This document shows, one piece after another, positions 10,411-19,902 of a stretch of 34,973 nucleotides of DNA. Location of the stretch: sequence record SRR31156797_4420; one strand, written 5' to 3'. The notes below the pieces were generated by a model. It searched no databases. It saw nothing but the letters and a program-made list of their open reading frames with translations, and was not told the origin of the DNA. Numbering within the stretch: position 1 is the stretch's first letter; every line of letters begins with the position of its first letter. The translations under genes and the position numbers were made by a program.

Positions 10411-10418
10411 CAAATATA
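10411..10418 (-). promoter_or_regulatory. -7 promoter box of the LeuCD-like pair
   Basis: TATATTTG on minus strand, 26 nt upstream of the ATG. Confidence 0.7.
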
Positions 10419-10523
10419 GTATTTAGTGTGAATTATTCATTATAAACATTAATCAGAAATGAGAAATAAAATTTAACTTTTAGGATATTCTGAACTTTAA
10501 CTATTTTATTTTGTTTATTTCGT

Positions 10524-10608
10524 GTATCCGGTAATTATTCATAGGTGTTGAAGAAATTTTTATTTGGATACTGTATAAGAGGAGGCTGCATTGCAGCCTC
10601 CTCTTTTT
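10524..10608 (+). ncRNA. Candidate small RNA (5' hairpin with UUCAUAGG loop, then terminator)
   Basis: GTATCC(10524-29)/GGATAC(10566-71) stem followed by a strong terminator, with no plus-strand gene upstream. Confidence 0.5.
10577..10608 (+). terminator. Strong intrinsic terminator
   Basis: AAGAGGAGGCTGC-ATT-GCAGCCTCCTCTT-TTT. Confidence 0.85.
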
Positions 10609-10663
10609 GTTGATATTAATCGTTAAATATTTTGTATTTTTACGCAATCTAAATTATAGCTTT

Positions 10664-11155
10664 ATGCAATTTATTTTAAAAAGTATATTCATTATCGCAC
10701 TAGGATTTACACTATTTAGTTGTGAAAAGGAAGAAGAAGAAACCGGAATTGATCCTTTTTTAGAGGAAGTATTAGATCTGGTAAATGAAACAAGGAGTGA
10801 AGGTTGTAATTGTGGTGATGAATATTTTCCTCCTGTAAATATATTATCATGGAATACTGCTTTGGCCAGAGCCGCTCAAGAGCATGCTCAAGATATGGGT
10901 GAAAATGATTTTTTTAGTCATACAGGTTCTGATGGCTCTTCGGCAGGAGATCGAATTACTTCTCAGGGTTATAGTTGGTCCACTTACGGTGAAAATATTG
11001 CATATGGATTTTCATCGCCTGAAGCAGTTGTGAATGGATGGCTCAATTCTCCAGGTCATTGTCAAAATATTATGAATGAGAACTTCACGGAAATGGGAGT
11101 GGGGTATTATGCCATAGGAAATTATTGGGTACAGGTATTTGCAAAACCACAATAA
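10664..11155 (+). CDS. CAP/SCP domain lipoprotein (start reassigned to ATG 10664)
   Basis: Lipobox LFSC followed by acidic EKEEEE; HAQDM, FFSHTGSDG, GENIA, WLNSPGHCQNIM, YWVQVF. Confidence 0.9.
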   Translation: MQFILKSIFIIALGFTLFSCEKEEEETGIDPFLEEVLDLVNETRSEGCNCGDEYFPPVNILSWNTALARAAQEHAQDMGENDFFSHTGSDGSSAGDRITSQGYSWSTYGENIAYGFSSPEAVVNGWLNSPGHCQNIMNENFTEMGVGYYAIGNYWVQVFAKPQ

Positions 11156-11158
11156 GAT

Positions 11159-12031
11159 ATGTGGTTCCTTTTTGCAATTAGTTCTGCTTTACTATCAGCT
11201 ACAGCAGCGATTTTCGAGAAAAAAGCTTTATTTAAACTTTCAGCCTTACATTTTTCTTTTTTTCTGGCATTAGTGAATGCCGTACTATCAATTCCGTTTT
11301 TATTTTTAAATAGTTTTAGTTTTCCCAATTTAACTGGATTTTATGTGGTGGGATTTAAAGCATTGATGGGCAGTATTTCATTTTTATTAGTTATGAGTGG
11401 GATTAAAAGGTTGGAGTTGAGCAGTGCATTGCCATTGCTTGTAATTACGCCAGGTTTGGTTGCATTGTTTGCCTGGATATTACTGGACGATTATTTATCT
11501 CACTTGGATGTTGCAGGAATGATATTGTTATTAGCGGGAACCTATTTTCTTCAGGTAGGAAAAATACAAAATACGCTTAAACCATTTCAGATTCTTAATC
11601 AATCAAAAGCCTACTTGTACATTGTAGGAGCGGTTTTAATATTCACAACAACTTCGTTGATAGATAAGTGGTTATTGTCTGATTATAAGATGCAACCCTC
11701 AGTTTTATTGCCTTTGCAACATTTCTTTATGGCTGTGTTTTTCTCATTATTGGTCTTGCTAACTAATAATCAGCGTAAAAATTTAAATATAGCCTGGAAA
11801 AATGGATGGATATTAATAGTTATTGTTGCTGTACTTACAATTTTTTACCGATTTGGTCATATTTTAGCGGTAAAAGAAGGGTCTGTAGCTCTGGCTCTTT
11901 CAGTCAAAAGAACTTCAGTTTTCTTTGCAGCTTTAATTGGTGGTTATTTATTTAAAGAAAAGAATGTGCTATACAAAGTTATTGCCACTTCGATTATGAT
12001 CGCTGGTGCAATATTGATAATAGTGGGTTAA
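11159..12031 (+). CDS. EamA/DMT family transporter
   Basis: About 10 hydrophobic helices in two repeats; LFKEK motif near the C-terminus. Confidence 0.85.
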   Translation: MWFLFAISSALLSATAAIFEKKALFKLSALHFSFFLALVNAVLSIPFLFLNSFSFPNLTGFYVVGFKALMGSISFLLVMSGIKRLELSSALPLLVITPGLVALFAWILLDDYLSHLDVAGMILLLAGTYFLQVGKIQNTLKPFQILNQSKAYLYIVGAVLIFTTTSLIDKWLLSDYKMQPSVLLPLQHFFMAVFFSLLVLLTNNQRKNLNIAWKNGWILIVIVAVLTIFYRFGHILAVKEGSVALALSVKRTSVFFAALIGGYLFKEKNVLYKVIATSIMIAGAILIIVG

Positions 12032-12652
12032 TTATAATATAAGTTCCCCTATTCCCTGTCGAATAATTTCAAAGTCACCATCTGTGCAGTCAACAACTGT
12101 TGAAGGATGAATTTCGCCAATTCCACCATCTACAATCATGTCTACTTTTCGGTCGTATTGTTCAAGAATAAGTTCAGGATCGGTTGTGTATTCTATGATT
12201 TCATCATCATCTTTAACTGAAGTCACAATGAGGGGTCTTCCCAGGGCTTCTACAATTTGCAATGTAATAGGGTTGTCAGGTATGCGTATACCAACTGTTT
12301 TCCTGTTCTTTTTAAAGATTTTGGGAATTCTGCTGTTAGCATCTAAAATAAAGGTAAAGGGTCCGGGTAAGTTTCTTTTAAGCAGCTTAAATGTGTGGTT
12401 ATTAATTGGTTTGCTATACTCTGAAAGTTGACTGATGCTTTCACATATTATTGAAAACTCAGCTTCTTTGAGTTTTAAACCCCTTAGTTGTGCCATTTTT
12501 TCTAAAGCCCGGTCATTTTCAATATCACATGCCAGACTATATACTGAATCTGTTGGGATAATTACAATGGCACCTTCCTCCAGAATTTCAGCCACATTAC
12601 GCACCAACTGTTTGTTGGTTGCGTCTTTGTATAATTTTATATAGTCTGACAT
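12032..12652 (-). CDS. Sua5/YrdC/YciO family protein (YciO-like clade)
   Basis: IIPTDSVYSLAC, LPGPFTFIL, VGIRIPD, DGG...PSTVVD. Confidence 0.88.
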   Translation of the reverse strand: MSDYIKLYKDATNKQLVRNVAEILEEGAIVIIPTDSVYSLACDIENDRALEKMAQLRGLKLKEAEFSIICESISQLSEYSKPINNHTFKLLKRNLPGPFTFILDANSRIPKIFKKNRKTVGIRIPDNPITLQIVEALGRPLIVTSVKDDDEIIEYTTDPELILEQYDRKVDMIVDGGIGEIHPSTVVDCTDGDFEIIRQGIGELIL

Positions 12653-12663
12653 ATTATAATATT

Positions 12664-12791
12664 TAGTCTTTGTAATAAAACTCCGATAACTGCGTTATGC
12701 TCAAATTTATTATTAGTCAATTACGTTTGTAAACTCCTAATAATAAAATCTCGCAAGCCTTGTTCTCGAAGTTTTCTTATCAAAGACTTTA
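12664..12791. mobile_element. ~128-bp MITE-like palindromic element with ERIC-like architecture
   Basis: Imperfect 26/27-bp terminal inverted arms (12665-12690 and 12762-12788), 11-bp inner stem, apical TTAC-N4-GTAA hairpin. Confidence 0.7.
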
Positions 12792-12847
12792 GGATTAATT
12801 AATATTCTTATTATTCATTTTATTAACTAGCATTTAAGTTTAAAGTT

Positions 12848-12921
12848 CACTAAACTTGAAATACTGAAAAATAAAAAATCTGCGATTTTTGCAAATTTTC
12901 GGGACCTGAAACCTGAAACTT
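12848..12921 (-). repeat. Short GTTTCAG/GTTTCAA heptamer repeats downstream of fsa
   Basis: Minus strand AAGTTTCAGGTTTCAGGT ... TTTCAGTATTTCAAGTTTAGT; matches 33465-33487. Confidence 0.55.
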
Positions 12922-12922
12922 G

Positions 12923-13579
12923 CTAACCGTTCACTTTTTTATAGTCAGCAAGGAATTTTTCTAGTCCAATGTCTGTTAGTGGATGATTTAATAATCCTGT
13001 AATAGCGCTTAACGGACAAGTAGCAACATCTGCACCAACTTCCATACATTGAATAATATGCATTGTATGACGAATTGAAGCGGCAAGTACTTGTGTTTCA
13101 AATTCGTAATAATTATACATTTCAACAATTTGGCTAATTAACTCCACGCCGTCAGTTGATACATCGTCCAAACGGCCAATGAATGGCGAAACATAAGTTG
13201 CACCTGCTTTTGCTGCAAGCAATGCTTGACCTGCTGAGAATACCAATGTACAATTGGTTTTGATTCCTTTGCTAGAGAAGTATTTAATTGCTTTAATACC
13301 ATCTTTGATCATAGGAACTTTAACAACAATTTGTTCGTGCAAAGCAGCAAGTTCTTCTCCTTCTTTAATAATTCCTTCGTAGTCAGTAGCAATTACTTCT
13401 GCACTCACATCACCGTCGACAATTTCACAAATAGTTTTGTAATGGTTAATGATATTCTCTTTCCCACTAATTCCTTCTTTGGCCATTAGTGAAGGGTTGG
13501 TTGTAACTCCGTCTAGCACCCCAAGGTCTTGTGCTTCGCGAATTTGATCAAGGTTGGCTGTGTCAATAAAAAACTTCAT
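12923..13579 (-). CDS. fsa: Transaldolase / fructose-6-phosphate aldolase (TalC/Fsa family)
   Basis: [22 protein letters not shown] (Schiff-base Lys), [25 protein letters not shown]. Confidence 0.93.
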   Translation of the reverse strand: MKFFIDTANLDQIREAQDLGVLDGVTTNPSLMAKEGISGKENIINHYKTICEIVDGDVSAEVIATDYEGIIKEGEELAALHEQIVVKVPMIKDGIKAIKYFSSKGIKTNCTLVFSAGQALLAAKAGATYVSPFIGRLDDVSTDGVELISQIVEMYNYYEFETQVLAASIRHTMHIIQCMEVGADVATCPLSAITGLLNHPLTDIGLEKFLADYKKVNG

Positions 13580-13612
13580 CGGTTATTGTGTTTTAATGTT
13601 TTCGAAAAAAAG

Positions 13613-13630
13613 TACTTTTGCGCAAAAGTA
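13613..13630. promoter_or_regulatory. 18-bp perfect palindrome made of two TAnnTTTG boxes; the minus copy is the likely fsa -7 box
   Basis: TACTTTTG-CG-CAAAAGTA. Confidence 0.65.
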
Positions 13631-13788
13631 GCATTTTCAGGCATTAAGTAGATAGAGTTAACTAAAATAATATTAACATTTTACTGACATTTACTTCAGA
13701 AATTAGATTTTTCGGCGAAAATTCCGGTACTTTTTATTTGAATTGGTTAAAATATTTAAAAATTTATGGGATTTTGTAAAAATTATCA

Positions 13789-13796
13789 TATTTTTG
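13789..13796 (+). promoter_or_regulatory. -7 promoter box of rpsO
   Basis: TATTTTTG 38 nt upstream of the ATG. Confidence 0.7.
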
Positions 13797-13834
13797 CGGT
13801 CTGTAAAATAAGAAATTAATAGACAAAGAGCGAT

Positions 13835-14104
13835 ATGTATTTGACAGTTGAACAGAAACAGGAGATTTTCAAGAAGTACGGTAAAAATGAGAATGATTCA
13901 GGTGCTACTGAAGCTCAAGTAGCTTTATTCACAGAAAGAATTAATCATTTGAACGAGCATTTGAAGAAAAACCGTAAGGATTTTGGTACACAGCGTGCAT
14001 TGCTTGCTATGGTAGGTAAGCGACGCAGTTTGCTTGATTACCTTAAGAAGAAAGATATTGAGAAATATCGTTCCTTAATTAAAGAACTCAAGATTAGAAA
14101 GTAA
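13835..14104 (+). CDS. rpsO: 30S ribosomal protein S15
   Basis: 89 aa; DSGATEAQVA...HLKKNRKD...RALLAMVGKRRSLLDYL; located upstream of pnp. Confidence 0.98.
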   Translation: MYLTVEQKQEIFKKYGKNENDSGATEAQVALFTERINHLNEHLKKNRKDFGTQRALLAMVGKRRSLLDYLKKKDIEKYRSLIKELKIRK

Positions 14105-14105
14105 T

Positions 14106-14136
14106 AAAAAAGGGCAATTGAAAATTGCCTTTTTTT
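14106..14136 (+). terminator. Intrinsic terminator between rpsO and pnp
   Basis: GGCAATT-GAA-AATTGCC followed by a T-tract. Confidence 0.8.
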
Positions 14137-14167
14137 GTATGTTTAAATATTCACTAATAAATAATTT

Positions 14168-16282
14168 ATGAACATTATTCAAAAATCAATTCCCCTGGCG
14201 GATGGTCGCGAGATCACAATTGAAACAGGGAAGTTGGCTAAACAGGCTGATGGTTCTGTTGTAGTGCGATTGGGTAATACCATGCTACTTGCAACGGTTG
14301 TTTCAGCTAAAGAGGCCAAAGAGGATGTGGATTTTATGCCACTCTCAGTAGAGTATAAAGAGAAATTTGCCGCTGCAGGACGTTTTCCTGGCGGATTCTT
14401 ACGTCGTGAGGGACGCCCTGGCGACAATGAAATTTTGGTTGCTCGCCTTGTAGATAGAGCGTTAAGACCATTATTTCCGGACGATTACCATGCTGATACT
14501 TTTGTTACTGTTGAGCTTATATCAGCTGAAAAAGATGTTATGCCTGATGCATTAGCAGGATTAGCTGCCTCTGCAGCACTAGCAGTTTCTGATATTCCAT
14601 TTAATGGTCCAATCTCAGAAGTTCGTGTTGCCCGCATCGATGGCGAGTTTAAAATAAACCCTTCTGCTTCAGAAAATGAAAATGCAGATATTGATATGAT
14701 TGTAGCCGCTACTATCGATAACATTTTGATGGTAGAAGGTGAAATGGAAGAAGTTTCTGAAGAAGAAATGATTGACGCCATTGCATTTGCTCATGAGGAG
14801 ATTAAAAAGCATTGTAAAGCTCAAATGGAATTAGCTGAAGAGGTTGGTTCTTTAGAAAAAAGAGAATATTGTCATGAAGTAAATGATGAAGATCTTAAGA
14901 AAAAAGTATATGATGAGACTTATGATAAAGCATATGCCGTAGCTAAAAAAGCGATGGCTGATAAACATAAACGCTCAGAAGAGTTTGCTGCTGTTTTAGA
15001 TGAGTTTATGTCTCAATATTCAGAAGAAGATGAAGTAAACGAGTCTTTAATTAAGCGTTATTATCATGACGTTGAAAAAGAGGCTGTACGTAATCTTGTT
15101 CTTGAAACACAAATTCGTTTGGATGGACGTAAAACAGATGAGATTCGTCCAATTTGGAGTGAAGTAGATTATTTACCTACTGCCCATGGTTCAGCTGTAT
15201 TTACACGTGGTGAAACTCAATCACTTACAACTGTTACATTAGGAACTAAACTTGACGATAAAATTATTGATGAGGTAATGCGTCAGGGTAAAGATAAATT
15301 CCTTTTACATTATAATTTCCCACCTTACTCAACAGGCGATGCTCGTCCGGCAAGAGGAACTAGCCGTCGTGAGGTAGGTCACGGAAACCTTGCTCACAGG
15401 GCATTGAAGAGAATGTTGCCAAATGATAATTTCCCATATGCAATACGCGTAGTATCTGATATATTGGAGTCAAATGGATCATCTTCGATGGCAACTGTAT
15501 GTGCAGGTACGTTAGCATTGATGGATGCTGGTGTTCAGATTAAGAAACCTGTTTCAGGTATTGCGATGGGATTAATCACTGATTCAAATGACCGCTTTGC
15601 AGTATTGAGTGACATTCTTGGAGATGAAGATCATTTAGGAGACATGGACTTTAAAGTTGCCGGAACACGTGATGGTATTTTAGCTACGCAAATGGATATA
15701 AAAGTTGATGGGCTATCATTTGAAGTACTTAAAAAAGCACTTGAGCAAGCTAAAGCGGGACGTTTACACATTCTAGATGAGATGAGTAAAACTATTGAAC
15801 AGCCAAGAGAACACCTAAAACCACATGCTCCACATATTGAGCAAATGATTATTCCTGGTGATTCTATTGGTGCTTTAATTGGCCCCGGAGGAAAAGTGGT
15901 ACAGGAAATTCAAAAGCAAACTGAAACTACTATTGTAATTGAAGAGCGTGAAGAGAAAGGTTATGTAGAAGTTGTTGCTTCTGACCTTGAAGCTATTCAA
16001 AACGCCATTCAACGTATCAAGGAAGCTATTGGAATTCTTGAAATTGGAGCTACATTCAAAGGTAAAGTAAAGTCGATTCAGACTTATGGAGCTTTTGTAG
16101 AGATTGCACCAAATAAAGATGGTTTATTACATATCTCTGAGATAGACTGGAACCGCATTCGCAAAGTTGAGGATGTGCTGAAAGTTGGTCAGGAAATTGA
16201 TGTTAAACTGCTTAGTATTGATGATAATGGTAAATTGAAACTTTCTCGTAAAGTTCTATTGCCAAAACCAAACAAGAGCTAA
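14168..16282 (+). CDS. pnp: Polyribonucleotide nucleotidyltransferase (PNPase)
   Basis: [59 protein letters not shown] and S1 domains. Confidence 0.98.
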   Translation: MNIIQKSIPLADGREITIETGKLAKQADGSVVVRLGNTMLLATVVSAKEAKEDVDFMPLSVEYKEKFAAAGRFPGGFLRREGRPGDNEILVARLVDRALRPLFPDDYHADTFVTVELISAEKDVMPDALAGLAASAALAVSDIPFNGPISEVRVARIDGEFKINPSASENENADIDMIVAATIDNILMVEGEMEEVSEEEMIDAIAFAHEEIKKHCKAQMELAEEVGSLEKREYCHEVNDEDLKKKVYDETYDKAYAVAKKAMADKHKRSEEFAAVLDEFMSQYSEEDEVNESLIKRYYHDVEKEAVRNLVLETQIRLDGRKTDEIRPIWSEVDYLPTAHGSAVFTRGETQSLTTVTLGTKLDDKIIDEVMRQGKDKFLLHYNFPPYSTGDARPARGTSRREVGHGNLAHRALKRMLPNDNFPYAIRVVSDILESNGSSSMATVCAGTLALMDAGVQIKKPVSGIAMGLITDSNDRFAVLSDILGDEDHLGDMDFKVAGTRDGILATQMDIKVDGLSFEVLKKALEQAKAGRLHILDEMSKTIEQPREHLKPHAPHIEQMIIPGDSIGALIGPGGKVVQEIQKQTETTIVIEEREEKGYVEVVASDLEAIQNAIQRIKEAIGILEIGATFKGKVKSIQTYGAFVEIAPNKDGLLHISEIDWNRIRKVEDVLKVGQEIDVKLLSIDDNGKLKLSRKVLLPKPNKS

Positions 16283-16300
16283 AAAAGCAATAAATATTTC

Positions 16301-16333
16301 AAAGCCGATCACATTTGTGGTCGGCTTTTTTTT
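16301..16333 (+). terminator. Intrinsic terminator after pnp
   Basis: AGCCGATCACA-TT-TGTGGTCGGCT followed by a T-tract. Confidence 0.88.
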
Positions 16334-16352
16334 GTGTCTTTTGGGGATTTAC

Positions 16353-16360
16353 TATTTTTG
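16353..16360 (+). promoter_or_regulatory. -7 promoter box of comEC
   Basis: TATTTTTG with TTTG at 16331-16334 upstream. Confidence 0.6.
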
Positions 16361-16377
16361 GGCAAACAAAGTCGTGA

Positions 16378-18420
16378 ATGCAGGAGATTATAAAAAATAA
16401 CCCCTTTATTCGTCTCGTTATTCCATTTATTTTAGGTGTTGTTGGAGGATTTTATTTCGATACAGTACCTTTAAACTGGTCATTTTATATTCTTATAAGT
16501 TCATTATCGATATTTGTTTTATTACAACTGACATCTCAAAAAGGTAGTCGTTTAAAATTTGCTAATTACTTTCTGATAATTTCTTTTTTCAGCTTAGGAT
16601 TTTATCAAACGACAAATATAAACTTCGAACCTGTTCAATTTAAGAGAAAAACAGTAGTTGTAGCTCAATTACTTGATTATCCTGATAGCACTGAAAAATC
16701 ATTGAAGCTGAAGGTTAAATTCATGCAACAACTTACGGATTCTTCCAAGGTAAATCTTAAAGGTAAGGCCATTGTCTATTGTCCTAAAAGTGATAAAACT
16801 ACAAGGTTAGAGCCGGGTAGCGTTCTTATTTTTAAAGCAAAACCTGAGTTGATAAGTAATATGGGAAATCCATTCGAATTTGATTACCGTGCATGGGCAG
16901 CATCCAATGGTATTTATTATCAGTTTTATGCAAATGATGAAGAATGGATAATAGAAAGAAAGGATCCTAATTTTAGTTTACAATTCGAATTAAAGAAACT
17001 AAGAAGAAGGTTGTTGCAAAGCTATAAATCGGCAGGAATTTCCAATGCAGAGTTATCAGTTTTTACTGCCCTGACATTGGGAGATAAATCAATGCTGGAG
17101 AGTGATTTGAGAGAAGGTTATGCTGCTGCGGGGTTAATGCATATTTTGGCTGTTAGTGGTTTACATGTTGGAATAATTTATTGGGTTGTGAAAATGCTGT
17201 GCCAATTACTTTTAAAGTTAAAGTATGGTAGATTTTTGCGGTTTATGATATCTATTTTAGTGCTATGGGGTTACGCAACTTTAACAGGTTTATCACCTTC
17301 CGTTACTAGAGCTGCAACCATGTTTAGTGTATTTGTGTTAGGAGATTTGGTAGGCCGGAAGTATGCTGTATATAATTCAATTGGATTAGCTGCATTTGTA
17401 TTGCTGTTTTATAATCCTTTTCTCATAAAGAGTGTTGGTTTTCAAATGTCTTTTTTGGCTGTTATTGGTATTGTTGGGTTTTACCCATTGATTTACAAGT
17501 GGGTTTTTGTTCCAAACAAATGGTTGGATAAGATTTGGCAATTGATTGCTGTTTCCATTGCAGCGCAGCTCATTACAACTCCTCTGGGTTTGTATTATTT
17601 TAACCAGTTTCCACTACTATTTTTACTTTCTAATTTGTTAATGATACCGCTAGCAACTGGTTTGATGTATTTGTTCGTTGTTTTATTGGTAACTATTCCA
17701 TTTCCATTTATTGCAACCAAAATTGGATGGTGTATATCTCAAATAACGGACTTAATGAATCAATTTACCGGTTGGGTAAATAGATTAGATTGGGCCATAT
17801 TGAGGATTGGAAACCTTGATGAAATGCAGGTAGTTTTTTTATACGCTATTATTGGAGTCATATCCTATTGGGGCATAAGAACAAATTTCAGGAGTTTTCG
17901 CATGGCAATATTGGTGATTATTATATTTATCGTTTATGGCTCAATATCTCAATGGAATACTATTTCGAAAAGCAGACTAGTTGTTTTTAATACTTATCAC
18001 GAGCCTATATGGCTAATGTCTTCTGGAAAAGAATATATTGTGGGAAATCCACATCGGTATTCGGATATTGATCGATTTATTGACCCTCTAGTTTCAAAGT
18101 TCAATTTAGAAAATGAGGTATCTAGTAAGCTCCATTTTCATGATGAAATAGTATTTTTTGGCAAAGATAAAAAACGAGGAGTCTATTTTAATTCAAATTA
18201 CTTTCCTGATTTTGGGGTAAAAAAGTGCCGGTGGTTAATTGTTTCTGAAAATACACCGGGGAATCTACATAAAATAATATCTGCGTTTGAACCGGATTAT
18301 ATTATAGCAGACGCAAGTGTACCCGGATACAAGTTGAAAAAGTGGCAAGAGATGCTAAAATCAAGCTCCTATAAACTGTGGAGTGTGATTGAAAAGGGTG
18401 CGTTTTTTGAAACATGGTAG
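16378..18420 (+). CDS. comEC: ComEC/Rec2 family competence protein
   Basis: NPFEFDY, ALTLGDK, GLMHILAVSGLHVG, SPSVTRA, GFQMSFLAV; multi-TM. Confidence 0.92.
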   Translation: MQEIIKNNPFIRLVIPFILGVVGGFYFDTVPLNWSFYILISSLSIFVLLQLTSQKGSRLKFANYFLIISFFSLGFYQTTNINFEPVQFKRKTVVVAQLLDYPDSTEKSLKLKVKFMQQLTDSSKVNLKGKAIVYCPKSDKTTRLEPGSVLIFKAKPELISNMGNPFEFDYRAWAASNGIYYQFYANDEEWIIERKDPNFSLQFELKKLRRRLLQSYKSAGISNAELSVFTALTLGDKSMLESDLREGYAAAGLMHILAVSGLHVGIIYWVVKMLCQLLLKLKYGRFLRFMISILVLWGYATLTGLSPSVTRAATMFSVFVLGDLVGRKYAVYNSIGLAAFVLLFYNPFLIKSVGFQMSFLAVIGIVGFYPLIYKWVFVPNKWLDKIWQLIAVSIAAQLITTPLGLYYFNQFPLLFLLSNLLMIPLATGLMYLFVVLLVTIPFPFIATKIGWCISQITDLMNQFTGWVNRLDWAILRIGNLDEMQVVFLYAIIGVISYWGIRTNFRSFRMAILVIIIFIVYGSISQWNTISKSRLVVFNTYHEPIWLMSSGKEYIVGNPHRYSDIDRFIDPLVSKFNLENEVSSKLHFHDEIVFFGKDKKRGVYFNSNYFPDFGVKKCRWLIVSENTPGNLHKIISAFEPDYIIADASVPGYKLKKWQEMLKSSSYKLWSVIEKGAFFETW

Positions 18421-18558
18421 TGTAATTAGCGTAAAACTATCGTTTTATATGTTTATAAAGCATAATAAAATGATTTGGAATAAGTTCATTTTTTAAAATG
18501 AATTGTTTAATATTGCCACGATTTGGCAGCTGGTTTGCTAAATGTTTAAAAAAGAACG

Positions 18559-19899
18559 ATGAAGATAATTATTGCAGGAGCAGGAGAGGTAGGAATGTAT
18601 CTGGCCAAGATGCTTGCCACAGAGCATCACCAGATTGTTGTGATGGATACTCACGAGGATAGATTAGAAGATGTAAGTACTCATTTTGATGTACTTACAG
18701 TGCATGGCTCTGCTACATCATTTGAGAAATTGAAAGAGGCGGGTATTAAAAACGCTGATTTGTTTGTCGCAGTAACTCATGAATTAGAGGTAAATATTAC
18801 AGCTTGTATCTTGAGTAAAAAATTAGGTGCGAAAAGAACTATTGCCAGAATTGATAATCGCGAATACCTATTACCCATTAATAAAGCACAATTTATTTCT
18901 TTAGGCATTGATTCATTGGTTTATCCACAAATGCTTGCGGCAAGAGAGATTATTAATCTCTTAAACCAGACGGGAACATCAGAAGTATTTAATTTTAGTG
19001 GAGGATCATTATCCTTGTATGTATTCAGGCTTGATGAGAATGCACTTGTTTTGAATAAATCACTTCGCGAAGCAGCTAAAATAGATGATGATTTAGTTTA
19101 CAGAGCAGTAGCTATTTCCAGAAATGGAGATACAATTATACCGAGAGGTGATGATGTGTTTTTAGAAGGTGATATTGTTTATGTGATTACCAATCAAAAA
19201 GGTATTGGTAAAATGATAAAATATTCCGGACAAAAGAAATTAGACACACATGACGTGATGATTTTGGGAGGTAGTAGGATAGGCATACGCACTGCAATTT
19301 CACTTCAGGAAACTTCAAATGTAAAACTCATCGAATATGATAAAGATAAGTGCTTTGAGTTGGCTGATATTTTACCCAAAGCAATGATTATTAATGGAGA
19401 TGGACGTAATATTGATTTGCTGAAAGAGGAGGGTGTGGAAAAAACGAATGCTTTTATTGCGGTAACCGGCGATTCTGAAACTAATATTTTAACATGTATC
19501 CAAGCCAAACGTCTAGGTGTTCAAAAAACCATTGCAGCTGTTGAAAATACCGATTATATCAATTTAGCTGAGAACCTTGGAATTGATGCTATGATCAATA
19601 AAAAGCTAATTACAGCGAGCTATATCATGCGTTTTACAGTAAATGCTGATGTACCATCATTTGTTTGTTTGTCGGGTTCTGATGCTGAAGTATTAGAATT
19701 TAATGTGCGTCCCGGTGCAAAAATTACTAAAGCTCCTTTAAAAGAAGTCAACTTCCCAAAAGAAGCTTTAATTGGTGGTGTAATCAGAGATAAAAAAGGA
19801 TTTATTGCACGAGGTAATACACAGGTATTGGCCAACGACAGAGTTGTGGTTTTTGCCTTACCATCAGCTATTCACAGAATTGAGCGCTTTTTCAATTAA
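18559..19899 (+). CDS. trkA: Trk system potassium uptake regulatory subunit
   Basis: Two RCK pairs: IIIAGAGEVG and MILGGSRIG. Confidence 0.95.
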   Translation: MKIIIAGAGEVGMYLAKMLATEHHQIVVMDTHEDRLEDVSTHFDVLTVHGSATSFEKLKEAGIKNADLFVAVTHELEVNITACILSKKLGAKRTIARIDNREYLLPINKAQFISLGIDSLVYPQMLAAREIINLLNQTGTSEVFNFSGGSLSLYVFRLDENALVLNKSLREAAKIDDDLVYRAVAISRNGDTIIPRGDDVFLEGDIVYVITNQKGIGKMIKYSGQKKLDTHDVMILGGSRIGIRTAISLQETSNVKLIEYDKDKCFELADILPKAMIINGDGRNIDLLKEEGVEKTNAFIAVTGDSETNILTCIQAKRLGVQKTIAAVENTDYINLAENLGIDAMINKKLITASYIMRFTVNADVPSFVCLSGSDAEVLEFNVRPGAKITKAPLKEVNFPKEALIGGVIRDKKGFIARGNTQVLANDRVVVFALPSAIHRIERFFN

Positions 19900-19902
19900 G
19901 AT

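Noticed and set aside
10501-10542. 13-codon minus-strand ORF MNNYRIHEINKIK as a leader peptide for the LeuCD-like pair
   Set aside because: It lies upstream of the operon's own -7 box (10411-10418), has no run of regulatory codons, and no attenuator follows it.
16378-18420. ComEC lacking a metallo-beta-lactamase HxHxDH motif as a pseudogene
   Set aside because: The ORF is intact with a complete competence domain; many ComEC proteins lack an active C-terminal nuclease domain.
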